Of a stretch of 64,000 bases of DNA, positions 30,831-40,108 are shown in pieces (position 1 is the stretch's first letter; every line of letters begins with the position of its first letter). A model generated the notes under the pieces. That model had not been told where the DNA came from and ran no database searches. It saw only the letters and a list, made by a program, of their open reading frames with translations. Source of the stretch: a virus; IMG/VR virus record IMGVR_UViG_3300032753_001573, positions 32,001-96,000 of that record. One strand, 5' to 3'. Made by a program: the position numbers and the translations under genes.

Positions 30831-31928
30831 TTACTGGCTACTTATATGAGCCCAGCCATATCCTGGTAGTGTTGTACCAGTGAATGCCCATTCATACTGA
30901 TTTCCGCTCCATGTGTAAACGATTCTATCAGTTATCTTTTGAGCATATGCAGATTGTAGTGCTTCTGCAATTTTAACAGTTGGTACAGATGTATATGATC
31001 CGCCCGAATCTACCACAACACTTCTAACACTATTGCCTGACAATACAGTGTGTGCTGTAGCGCCTGCAGGTGTAAATGTTACCGCTGGAGCTACTTCATA
31101 ACCGCTACCGCCAGCTGTTAGGGTAACATTGCTTACATTCCAATTTAGGTTAGCCTGTGCACCTGTTCCTAGTGCGCTGCCAGTGAAAGATACTGGATTA
31201 GTAGGTAGGGCAGTATAATCGCCGCTGTTAACTACAGTGTTCATGCTGTATACACCAAAGCGCACATCGAACGTTGCTCCTACACCGCTGTTAGTGTTTG
31301 AAGAAGTTGGTGCAAATGGACCAGCTGGCAATGAGTTATTGGTAAACACACCGCTGTTAAGTATGCTGATGCTGGTAATAGCACCGCTTACATTGACGCT
31401 GTTGACTTTTATGGACACATTGGTAGCATATCCTGCACCAGCAAAGTTCAACACGTTGTCTTGTGCATAACCAGAACCCAAGTTGTGTGCAGCGGCATCT
31501 GACCAAGTAACAGCGGTAACGCTAACATTTGCCTGCTTCTTACTGACATATGTGCCGCCTACTACGTGTAGAGTTTCGCCTGGAACATAATTGGCACCAA
31601 GAGCACCTGTTCCGTTAGCAGTAACACCGGCTGATGTTACACTGAGGTTTGCAGTAGCAGTAGCACCTGTTCCTTGTGCACCATATGGAGTAACAGTGAT
31701 GTTACCCTGTCCTGGACCTGTTACTGGTCCATTTACTAGCTGTACTAATCCGCCGCCGGGAACACCAGTACCGTTTACACTAGCCATCTTGTAAAGGTGT
31801 GTGCCTTTCTGAGACACTATATAGCTCTGACGTGCCTGACTATCGCCTGCAGTCCATGCATATCCAACAAGCTGCTGCCCAGCTACGGCAGAATTGCCTA
31901 TGAATAATTTATTAATTGGTCGTCCCAT
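30831..31928 (-). CDS. virion protein (MGRP family) with internal G/S/T/V-rich GxGY repeats
   Basis: Late promoter, SD aaggag, repeat-rich centre. Confidence 0.65.
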   Translation of the reverse strand: MGRPINKLFIGNSAVAGQQLVGYAWTAGDSQARQSYIVSQKGTHLYKMASVNGTGVPGGGLVQLVNGPVTGPGQGNITVTPYGAQGTGATATANLSVTSAGVTANGTGALGANYVPGETLHVVGGTYVSKKQANVSVTAVTWSDAAAHNLGSGYAQDNVLNFAGAGYATNVSIKVNSVNVSGAITSISILNSGVFTNNSLPAGPFAPTSSNTNSGVGATFDVRFGVYSMNTVVNSGDYTALPTNPVSFTGSALGTGAQANLNWNVSNVTLTAGGSGYEVAPAVTFTPAGATAHTVLSGNSVRSVVVDSGGSYTSVPTVKIAEALQSAYAQKITDRIVYTWSGNQYEWAFTGTTLPGYGWAHISSQ

Positions 31929-31945
31929 TTGTTTTTCTCCTTATG

Positions 31946-32006
31946 GTTGCCGTTCTAGGGCTACGAGGTTGGGATCCCCATAACTAATGAACTGCTCTAT
32001 TTATGG
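31946..32006 (-). ncRNA. candidate structured cis-regulatory leader, copy 1
   Basis: 48-nt core 47/48 identical to 32414-32461, lying between late promoter and SD. Confidence 0.6.
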
Positions 32007-32009
32007 TGT

Positions 32010-32399
32010 TCAGTTCTGAACGTACCAGTTATAATCTACATATACGCCGTTAGTTTGATCTCCGTAGTATTGCATGTGCCAGGGGAATTCGCCACCTTTG
32101 AAATCTCTCAGAGTATGATCATTGATTCTGGCTGCATATCCGCTGCTACTGTTTGGATACGTAAAATGTATGTAACCGTCTCCGGGATTGGTATAAACTC
32201 CGTTAGTTAATGTTATAACACCAGATACTTTTGGACTAGTTTCTGACCAGGTTCTAACTAGATATTTGTTACTACCAACCTGTTTGATAATATCATACCA
32301 TCCAACAGTTCCATTAATATTGCCATATATTAGCAGTACGTTGGTATTTGGTGGAGGCGGTGTTGTGCCTATTGCATTTTTGGTAATTGGCCTTCCCAT
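32010..32399 (-). CDS. virion protein (MGRP family), short paralog
   Basis: MGRPITK; shares N- and C-terminal blocks with 30831..31928. Confidence 0.65.
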   Translation of the reverse strand: MGRPITKNAIGTTPPPPNTNVLLIYGNINGTVGWYDIIKQVGSNKYLVRTWSETSPKVSGVITLTNGVYTNPGDGYIHFTYPNSSSGYAARINDHTLRDFKGGEFPWHMQYYGDQTNGVYVDYNWYVQN

Positions 32400-32413
32400 T
32401 TGTTTACTCCTTT

Positions 32414-32474
32414 GTTGCCGTTCTAGGGCTACGAGGTTGGGTTCCCCATAACTAATGAACTACAGTATTTATGG
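32414..32474 (-). ncRNA. candidate structured cis-regulatory leader, copy 2
   Basis: Near-identical to copy 1, with the same spacing to CCATAAATA. Confidence 0.6.
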
Positions 32475-32537
32475 ACAACTATGCTATCCTTGTAGTCTTG
32501 TATAACCGATGTTATAGCGGCATAATATATACAATAG

Positions 32538-33044
32538 ATGGAATGTGCGATGGCAGAAAGTAAACATAAATTAGACATGTTTGGTAAAGTGCTACCTGCA
32601 CTTGATCGGAGAGATCGTAACTTTTATAATAATCTCACTGATGAAGAGAAGAAGGGTTATTCTGCATTGGTCTTGATGAGAGCTATGAGCAGTTTAGGTG
32701 ATCAAAATCCTCATGCTGAGTATGAGTTACTTGCAGTAAATGATATTGTAAACATTGGATTTTGGTCTCTCAGTAAACATACAGAACTGCAACATCTCTT
32801 GTTGTGTACTGCTGGATTAGGTAGTAAACAATATCATCCTTGGATATCTGCCAAAGGTAAAGTTACCAAAACCAATCTTATTGATCAGTTCTTTATGGAA
32901 ATGAACCCAGGAATGAATGAACAAGAACTTGAATTAATGCGGTCTCAACATGATCCTAAGAGTATTAAACGTCTAGCACAGGATGCTGGTAAGAGTGATT
33001 CTGAGATAAAGCGACTTGTTGAAGATGCTAAATCGCTCAAGTAA
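32538..33044 (+). CDS. hypothetical replication protein, possibly clamp-loader small subunit (gp62-like)
   Basis: FY..L..EEKK.YS..VLMR.MS...YHPWI; family recollection only. Confidence 0.4.
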   Translation: MECAMAESKHKLDMFGKVLPALDRRDRNFYNNLTDEEKKGYSALVLMRAMSSLGDQNPHAEYELLAVNDIVNIGFWSLSKHTELQHLLLCTAGLGSKQYHPWISAKGKVTKTNLIDQFFMEMNPGMNEQELELMRSQHDPKSIKRLAQDAGKSDSEIKRLVEDAKSLK

Positions 33045-33735
33045 TAATAAACCTCATGTATGTGAATTTTGCAATCGAGGATTCGTTGAAGAAATCAACT
33101 TGATTAATCATAGTTGCGAGAAGAAGCGCAGGTGGTTTGGTAGAGACGAGCCTGCATCTAGATTGGCTTTTATGGCATGGGCTAGATTTTATGAACTTAA
33201 CAGTAGGTTAGTCAAGCATGGCGCAAAAAAACGCAGTTTTCGAGAGTTTATGGATAGCAAATACTATACAGCATTTGTGAAGTTTGCTAGACAGATCATA
33301 GACCTCAATGCAATGGAACCTGCTAAGTTTATTGATTATGTTATTAAAAATAACCTACCACTAGATAAATGGACACATGATTCTGTATATGAAGCATATG
33401 TGTCTGAGCTAGTTAAGCATGAAGATCCAGAGTCTGCACTAGCTCGTAATATTGAGTTGATGCAACAATGGAGTCAGCAAAGCGGAGAACCTTGGCAGGA
33501 TTTCTTTCGAAAGGTTAGTCCCATTCAAGCCGCTGCATGGATAAAAAATGGTCGAATTAGTCCTTGGGTGCTATATAATGCTGACAGTGCTGAATCACTG
33601 TTAGATCGTTGTGGTCCAGAACAATTGCAGATCATTCAAACTAGTGCTAAGGTACCGCAATGGAAAATACGCTTTAATAAAAATAAAGAAAGTGCAGATT
33701 GGATACGCAACACGCTACGACAAGCAGGTATATGA
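33025..33735 (+). CDS. Zn-finger-containing hypothetical protein
   Basis: CEFCNRGF...L..H.C at the N-terminus; start uncertain (33016 or 33025). Confidence 0.6.
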   Translation: MLNRSSNNKPHVCEFCNRGFVEEINLINHSCEKKRRWFGRDEPASRLAFMAWARFYELNSRLVKHGAKKRSFREFMDSKYYTAFVKFARQIIDLNAMEPAKFIDYVIKNNLPLDKWTHDSVYEAYVSELVKHEDPESALARNIELMQQWSQQSGEPWQDFFRKVSPIQAAAWIKNGRISPWVLYNADSAESLLDRCGPEQLQIIQTSAKVPQWKIRFNKNKESADWIRNTLRQAGI

Positions 33736-33748
33736 TTGGAGATTAAAA

Positions 33749-34051
33749 ATGGCAGATGATATGGATATGTATGATACTGATGAATTTATAGCACCAGAAC
33801 CAAAGACTGTTGAACCAACTTTAACAGCTATAGATAGAGGTATGGTTACTGAGATTGAGATTATGGGTAAACGAATAGAAATTGTAAATCCAAGTTACGT
33901 GAGGGAGTTACAACGTATTATGCTAGATATGAGCAACAAACTTAGAGCAGCTGATAGAAACATCAATACATTGAATTCTAACATCAAGAAGATGAATTCT
34001 CAGATTAATGATCTAAGAGCTCAACTGGCAGGAAAAATTGATCGTGCTTAA
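33749..34051 (+). CDS. coiled-coil hypothetical protein
   Basis: SD ggag before ATG 33749; heptad-like C-terminus. Confidence 0.6.
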   Translation: MADDMDMYDTDEFIAPEPKTVEPTLTAIDRGMVTEIEIMGKRIEIVNPSYVRELQRIMLDMSNKLRAADRNINTLNSNIKKMNSQINDLRAQLAGKIDRA

Positions 34052-34676
34052 ACGAGGAGATATAGATATAGACCTAGCAGATCGAACACGAGCTCTTGCA
34101 GAGCTTCCGCATGTTTCGGCTAGCATTATCAAAGATGGAAAGATTACCAAACACAATACAGGTGTATATTTCCACGCGGTGCCCATCGATCCTGTAACAG
34201 GTCAATGCAGTTGGGATTATGAAGATGCTGACCGCAAGGGCATGTTCAAGATAGACATGCTCAATGTCAGCGTTTATGATATGGTTAGAAATGAACAACA
34301 CCTATTGGATCTTATGGAGAGACCTATAGATTGGACCGTCTTTGAAGATCCAATGTTTGTATCTAAGCTATTTCATCTTGGACATTATGGCAAATTGACT
34401 GCTAAACTGAAACCTCGCAGTATAGAACATATAGCTATGATTTTGGCTTTGATTAGGCCTGGCAAGAAACATCTGCAATCTCGTTGTCTAGAGTACGGTT
34501 TTGATAGTATACGTGATAGCATTTGGACGCACGATTCTGGAGAAGCGTACTCATTTAAGAAGGCCCATGCTGTAAGTTATGCAATGCTTGTTTATGTTCA
34601 TGCGCAAATTCTGGTTGAAAGTTCTGCACAAGATGCTATACTTTTTACTAGTGCTAATTCATCTGGAGCATTTTAA
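34038..34676 (+). CDS. miniature DNA polymerase III alpha (DnaE)-like catalytic core
   Basis: DIDID, KHNTGVY, KIDML, KPRSIE...LALIRPG and YSFKKAHAVSYA, in DnaE order. Confidence 0.8.
   Translation: MIVLKRGDIDIDLADRTRALAELPHVSASIIKDGKITKHNTGVYFHAVPIDPVTGQCSWDYEDADRKGMFKIDMLNVSVYDMVRNEQHLLDLMERPIDWTVFEDPMFVSKLFHLGHYGKLTAKLKPRSIEHIAMILALIRPGKKHLQSRCLEYGFDSIRDSIWTHDSGEAYSFKKAHAVSYAMLVYVHAQILVESSAQDAILFTSANSSGAF
34613..34642 (+). promoter_or_regulatory. sigma70-type early promoter
   Basis: TTGAAA-N16-TATACT with TG extension; 21/30 identical to 24371-24400. Confidence 0.6.
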
Positions 34677-35137
34677 TGCCTACTAAGAAACTGGTTCTCA
34701 ATAGCAAGACTAACATGTTTGGTACCAATCTCAAACTAAGCACTCGAGACGGCTCACATAAATTTTCTGTAGGTAATAATATCAGTTATGATCCTACAAA
34801 GAAACTCAGTAAAAAGCTAGAGACTGGATACCTGTTTAGGAGCCCAAAGTTGGATCCAACTGATCTTTCGGAAATTTGGGACACTGTCGAAGGCTTTGCG
34901 GGTGCTGCGTCGTTGACAGCAGAAATTGATACCAAGAGCAACGAAGTTACTGCCTACATGCGGATCGCCGAAAAGGGCGACGCTGGTATGTTTGCTTACA
35001 CTCATAGCTTGTTTGAAAAGTGGAGCGATGAGAAGACAGCAGAAGCCAAGAAGGACAAGAAGAAGGCTCCCAAGCTTGTTGTTAACAAGGACGGAACTGT
35101 TAAAGTTCGAGTACAAGTAGAATCCCTAGGCAACTAA
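34676..35137 (+). CDS. Lys-rich hypothetical protein
   Basis: SD ggag and its own promoter. Confidence 0.6.
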   Translation: MPTKKLVLNSKTNMFGTNLKLSTRDGSHKFSVGNNISYDPTKKLSKKLETGYLFRSPKLDPTDLSEIWDTVEGFAGAASLTAEIDTKSNEVTAYMRIAEKGDAGMFAYTHSLFEKWSDEKTAEAKKDKKKAPKLVVNKDGTVKVRVQVESLGN

Positions 35138-35139
35138 TA

Positions 35140-35520
35140 TCAATCAATTGCGCGGACCAAAGTTATGGTCCGCCTTTTAATCCTCTTATTAATCATATCT
35201 TTGAGATTAACTACCGGACCTTGTAAAATTTCAGTGTCCTTTTTGGCAAAAGTCTTTAGGTATTTCCTATAGGGCGAAAATCTGTTTTTTAGAAACATGT
35301 TAATAGGGATTGAGCGGTTGCTCTCCCACCACCATATTTCTCCGCATTCTAAGAAATCTCTTTTCATATCAGCAGTAAAACTGATATCCATTACATATAT
35401 GCTTACAAACAAATTGTCGGCATGCTGTATTATTCCTAAATGTTCTTTGCCTAAATGATTGATTATGGTTAAAAATGGGAATTTTTCTTGTAATAATTTA
35501 TAAGTATCTTTATTTGTCAT
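35140..35520 (-). CDS. hypothetical protein
   Basis: FPFL...FLE.GE.WWWESNR.IPIN.FL; late promoter on the minus strand at 35550. Confidence 0.65.
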   Translation of the reverse strand: MTNKDTYKLLQEKFPFLTIINHLGKEHLGIIQHADNLFVSIYVMDISFTADMKRDFLECGEIWWWESNRSIPINMFLKNRFSPYRKYLKTFAKKDTEILQGPVVNLKDMINKRIKRRTITLVRAID

Positions 35521-35601
35521 TTTGAACTTTGCATGTTATAAAGCTAGGTTATTTAGTAATCTAATTTGCTAAATATCTAATAACTGCATGAAGAAAAGCT
35601 T

Positions 35602-36447
35602 ATGCCACTTGTATACTTATTCAAATTTCCAGAATACATACATCTTGTCAAGGCTGATCCTCTTGCCCCCAACATTAACTGGCCCATGATACAGTATGAT
35701 ACCAAAGTCTTCAAAGGCGTTACGAACAATATTGATTTCGTAGTACGTAACAATGATCGAAAACCAATACAGCTTTTCAACTGTCAATTGGACGCGCAGA
35801 TTCAAAAGGTAAACACTCCTAGCAACAGTATGGATTTCTTACCAGAGCTACAGCTTATAAAACCTGTGATAATAACAGACGATGTTAATGGAAAGGCAAG
35901 ATTGACACTCTTACCTGAGGACATACAGCATTGGGACCCAGGTTACTATCAATATGTAATAAAGATATTAAGTGGTTCTGGACAGTCAGAATACTTGTAT
36001 ACTGATGTAAACAAGAACACTTTTGGTTCATTTGAACTTAAAGAAGGTGTTATAAGTAGTTTAGCCCCTGCTATAGAGATTGACAATTCTCAGTTTACTC
36101 CTACTCCCGTAAATTTATATGATTATACTATATGGGTGTCTGGTGCAGTTCAAGGTGATGCGCAAACAGGACGTGCGAATGGTACACATACTGTAGCTGT
36201 TTATCAAAATAACTTCTTAGGTAAATTTTGGGTACAAGGGAGTTTGAGTAGCGATGCTCCGTTACCAGATGAATGGTTTGAAGTCCCATTAACGCCCACG
36301 TTTAATTATTTTGAATTTACTCAATTCAACAATAATATAGGACCCACTCTCATTAATTTCAGTCTCAATGTCTATTGGCTGCGTTTTGTCTATAGACCAG
36401 ACGTAGCAAATACAGGTACTTTTGGTCGCGTCTTGTATAAGGGCTAA
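35602..36447 (+). CDS. putative virion/baseplate beta-rich protein
   Basis: 281 aa, late promoter GCTAAATA, beta-sandwich-like pattern. Confidence 0.5.
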   Translation: MPLVYLFKFPEYIHLVKADPLAPNINWPMIQYDTKVFKGVTNNIDFVVRNNDRKPIQLFNCQLDAQIQKVNTPSNSMDFLPELQLIKPVIITDDVNGKARLTLLPEDIQHWDPGYYQYVIKILSGSGQSEYLYTDVNKNTFGSFELKEGVISSLAPAIEIDNSQFTPTPVNLYDYTIWVSGAVQGDAQTGRANGTHTVAVYQNNFLGKFWVQGSLSSDAPLPDEWFEVPLTPTFNYFEFTQFNNNIGPTLINFSLNVYWLRFVYRPDVANTGTFGRVLYKG

Positions 36448-36467
36448 GCTGCCATTATACTATCTAT

Positions 36468-37490
36468 ATGTCGTTGATACATGATGTGATAGCAAGACAC
36501 ATACCTGTAAAGCATCGAAACAGCAATAGAGGCTGGAGGATGTTCAATGCACCGTGCTGTCATCATAGAGGACATAGACCAGATACTAGGATGCGTGGTA
36601 ACATGCTGTTTGCATCTAATGGTGCTATAGCTTACAACTGTTACAACTGTGGTTTAAAGACTAAATTTGATGGTAGAAACCTAAGTAGGAATTTTGAAAA
36701 TTTAATGGTCTGGTTAGGTATACCAGATGACGATGTTAAAAATATCAAGTTAGAACTACTGCAACATCAACTGGATGGCACTAACAATCCCGTTGCGGTT
36801 CAAGATATACGATTTACAACAGACTTTGACGAAGTTGACCTTCCTGAAAATTCAATAGCATTTGATCACATTGCAGTTGAAGATGCAATACCTGAACAAT
36901 TTGTATCAGTGCTATCTTATTTGAATTCTAGAGGTGATGCTATATTGAATGGATGGGATTACTATTGGAGCCCTAGTACCAAATTGGATCTAAACAATCG
37001 AGTAATTATACCATTTTACCATTTTGATAAGATAGTAGGTTGGACAGCCAGATATGCCGGTAGTCCGCCTCACGGAACACCTAGATATTATAACAGTCAA
37101 TTACAACCTGGATATTTGTTCAATTGTGATGTACTAAACGATCGCAATAGGAAATTTGTTTTGGTTGCAGAAGGCCCATTTGATGCTATAGCTCTGTCTG
37201 GTATAGGTACGCTGGGAAGCGAATTGAGTAAGGAACAGATAGCTTGGTTGAATAGCACAGACGCTGAAAAGATAATAGTTCCAGATAGGCAGTTGAAGAA
37301 TCAAGGATTGATTGATGCTGCATTAGACCAAGGATGGTGTGTTAGCTTTCCAGAATGGGAAGATGATGTTAAGGATGCGGCACAGGCATCTCAGAGGTAT
37401 GGCAAGCTATATACTATACGCAGTGCAATAGCTAGCCGAACCAATAGTTCGTTAAAGATAGGTATAAAGAGGAAGATGTTTAGATCATGA
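36468..37490 (+). CDS. DNA primase (gp61-like)
   Basis: Zn domain CC...CYNC, RVIIP, EGPFD TOPRIM motif, KDA. Confidence 0.88.
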   Translation: MSLIHDVIARHIPVKHRNSNRGWRMFNAPCCHHRGHRPDTRMRGNMLFASNGAIAYNCYNCGLKTKFDGRNLSRNFENLMVWLGIPDDDVKNIKLELLQHQLDGTNNPVAVQDIRFTTDFDEVDLPENSIAFDHIAVEDAIPEQFVSVLSYLNSRGDAILNGWDYYWSPSTKLDLNNRVIIPFYHFDKIVGWTARYAGSPPHGTPRYYNSQLQPGYLFNCDVLNDRNRKFVLVAEGPFDAIALSGIGTLGSELSKEQIAWLNSTDAEKIIVPDRQLKNQGLIDAALDQGWCVSFPEWEDDVKDAAQASQRYGKLYTIRSAIASRTNSSLKIGIKRKMFRS

Positions 37491-37936
37491 AAATAGCTCT
37501 AGCAACTGGTGGGTTTGATCCGCCTCATAGTGGACACATTGACTATCTAAAAGCTGCTGCTACTCTAGGTGATAGATTGGTAGTAGGTATCAATTCAGAT
37601 TCTTGGTTGATACGCAAGAAAGGGCAACCTTTTATGCCTGCGCGCGATAGATTGGCAATCATACAGAATCTCAAGATGGTATCGGAAGTAATTGCATTTG
37701 ATGATCGAGATGGTTCTGGATCAGACGCAATAGCAAAGTTGCTATCGTTGTATCCAAACGATCAGATATTATTCTGCAATGGCGGCGATAGGCTTCCTTA
37801 CAATACAAGTGAGATGCGAGTGTTTGAAAATGATCCTCGAGTAAGATTTGAATGGGGTGTAGGCGGATTTGATAAGACAAATAGTAGTTCAAAGTTGTTG
37901 GACGATTGGGTTACCTATATGAATAATCGTACATAA
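37487..37936 (+). CDS. cytidylyl/adenylyltransferase (RfaE domain II/TagD-like)
   Basis: GGFDPPHSGH (HxGH), GINSD..L.RKKG, NGGDR, SSS. Confidence 0.88.
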   Translation: MKIALATGGFDPPHSGHIDYLKAAATLGDRLVVGINSDSWLIRKKGQPFMPARDRLAIIQNLKMVSEVIAFDDRDGSGSDAIAKLLSLYPNDQILFCNGGDRLPYNTSEMRVFENDPRVRFEWGVGGFDKTNSSSKLLDDWVTYMNNRT

Positions 37937-37974
37937 GAATTATAATTAAGATATAGCATTAGGAAAGACGGTCA

Positions 37975-39384
37975 ATGGCTCAAGAAGAACAAGATTATAC
38001 TAATGATTATGGTGAAGACAAGCAGAAGCTGTTGATAGATGTAATGCTCAGCAGCGAAGAGATATTCTCTCGATGCCAGAACATCATAAATCCAAAGTAT
38101 TTTGTCAACAAGTTTAGGCCTGCGGTTAGATTTATAATCAAGTACTCTAATGAATTTAGAGTACTTCCTAAAATTGAACATGTTAATGCCGAAACCGGTA
38201 TAAATTTTGTTAGAATTGATAATATATCTGTACAACATCAAGATAGCTTTCTCAAGGAGATAGAGGGATTCTGTAAGAATAAAGCTCTAGCATTAGCTGT
38301 TACTGATAGTGTTGAATTGATTGAGCATGGCAATTATGGAGAAGTAGAGAAGAGAGTTCGAGAAGCTATACTGATCAGTTTACAGAGTGATCTTGGTACA
38401 AACTACTTTGAAGATCCTCGTGCTCGATTGATGAAGATAAAGAGCAAGAACGGTCAGATGACTACTGGTTGGAAAACAGTTGATGATAAACTACATGGTG
38501 GTATCAATAGAGGCGAGATCACAATTTGGTGTGCAGGGTCAGGTGTTGGTAAATCATTGTTCCTGCAGAATCAAAGTTTGAACATGGTCAAGCAAGGGCT
38601 TAATGTTGTTTACATAACTCTTGAGCTTAGTGAAGAACTAACTAGCATGCGAATGGATAGTATGCTAACTGATGTTGGAACTAAAGAAATATTCCGTAAT
38701 CTTGATACAGTTGAGATTAAGGTCAAGCAAGCAGGATTTAAGAGTGGATTGCTGCACGTTAGGCAGTTACCGCAGGGCAGCAATTGCAATGACATCAAGG
38801 CATATCTAAAAAATTATGAAATTGAAACACAGAAGAGACCAGATGTATTGGTAGTTGACTATTTGGATTTGTTGTTTCCTAACAACAAGAAGATTAATCC
38901 TAGTGATCTGTTTATCAAAGATAAGTTTGTAACTGAAGAGCTACGCGGTCTAGCTGTTGAACGCAATATGGTATGTTTGACAGCATCTCAGTTAAACAGG
39001 TCTAGCGTAACTGAGCAGGAACATGATCAAAGCATGATCGCGGGCGGTATTTCAAAGATTCAAACTGCGGATAATGTGATATCTATTTTTGCTAGTGCGG
39101 CTATGAAGGAGCGCGGTCAATATCAGGTACAGTTTTTGAAGACACGTTCAAGTAGCGGTGTTGGTAGCAAAGTATATCTTGGGTTTGATCCTAATACTTT
39201 GCGTATATTTGACTTGGATGAGGATGCTGCTGCACTAGCTAGCAGCACCAACGGAGCCGATGTGTTTAATGAGCTTAGGAGAAAGAATACTGCGGCTACC
39301 AAGAAAGAAACTCAAACTCCTCCTCCGTCACCAATGGCTAGTGCAAAAGATCTAGAGAGTTTGAGAAGCCTTATTCGCAGGTGA
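37975..39384 (+). CDS. DnaB-like replicative helicase (gp41-like)
   Basis: GSGVGKS, ITLELS, VVDYLD, TASQLNR, K.R. Confidence 0.92.
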   Translation: MAQEEQDYTNDYGEDKQKLLIDVMLSSEEIFSRCQNIINPKYFVNKFRPAVRFIIKYSNEFRVLPKIEHVNAETGINFVRIDNISVQHQDSFLKEIEGFCKNKALALAVTDSVELIEHGNYGEVEKRVREAILISLQSDLGTNYFEDPRARLMKIKSKNGQMTTGWKTVDDKLHGGINRGEITIWCAGSGVGKSLFLQNQSLNMVKQGLNVVYITLELSEELTSMRMDSMLTDVGTKEIFRNLDTVEIKVKQAGFKSGLLHVRQLPQGSNCNDIKAYLKNYEIETQKRPDVLVVDYLDLLFPNNKKINPSDLFIKDKFVTEELRGLAVERNMVCLTASQLNRSSVTEQEHDQSMIAGGISKIQTADNVISIFASAAMKERGQYQVQFLKTRSSSGVGSKVYLGFDPNTLRIFDLDEDAAALASSTNGADVFNELRRKNTAATKKETQTPPPSPMASAKDLESLRSLIRR

Positions 39385-39774
39385 TTAGCTAGCCTTATGT
39401 ATACGTCGTAGCTGACTCAGAACCTTGCTGGTTGTGCTAGCATCTGCAGCCAATAGTCTATTAAATGCAATAGCTAGTTCTTTGAGCTGTGCAGTATTAG
39501 ATGGCAACTTACCGGCACGAAGATTATTAAATGCGGCTGCAAATAGTGCAGTGTTCTCAATTCCTAAAAGTTGAGCTAAACTTTTAATTTGTATAGATCC
39601 GGTTAGCTTTTCTGGTTTCTTTTCATGTGTCATAAGATCTGTTACAGTCTTATCGGCTTCGATATCAGCAGCATCATTTTGATCAACTTCTGGTTCTACA
39701 GCATCAGCTTCGACAATTGTATCTAACTGATTAGCTATTTTTCTGATATCTTCTGCTAAAAATTTATCACTCAT
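39385..39774 (-). CDS. hypothetical late protein
   Basis: Start 39774 (MSDKFLAE) follows SD ggag and GATAAATA at 39803-39810. Confidence 0.6.
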   Translation of the reverse strand: MSDKFLAEDIRKIANQLDTIVEADAVEPEVDQNDAADIEADKTVTDLMTHEKKPEKLTGSIQIKSLAQLLGIENTALFAAAFNNLRAGKLPSNTAQLKELAIAFNRLLAADASTTSKVLSQLRRIHKAS

Positions 39775-39862
39775 AATTATATGCTCCAATATGTAGTACT
39801 GGTATTTATCAATTCCAAATGATCGCGCTAAATATCTAACATAATTGCGGACAGGATATATC

Positions 39863-40108
39863 GTGGCTAATATTAAAAACTTTATAGATGAACTTGACAA
39901 AGCTGTTCCAAATAAGAACAAGCACAATGTTATAGAAAGTCGAGCATCACATATTATTGCTAGTGCAGTTAATCTAGTGCATTTGATCAAAGAAAGTTAT
40001 CCAGAAGCAGAGGCTACTGATCTAGTAAAGAGATTGTATCGTAGCATTATGACAGAAGACGAAAGAAAGTTTTCTAGGAAGATAAGAGAACTAAGGAATC
40101 AAAAATGA
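39863..40108 (+). CDS. hypothetical protein
   Basis: GTG start after SD agga and GCTAAATA. Confidence 0.6.
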   Translation: MANIKNFIDELDKAVPNKNKHNVIESRASHIIASAVNLVHLIKESYPEAEATDLVKRLYRSIMTEDERKFSRKIRELRNQK

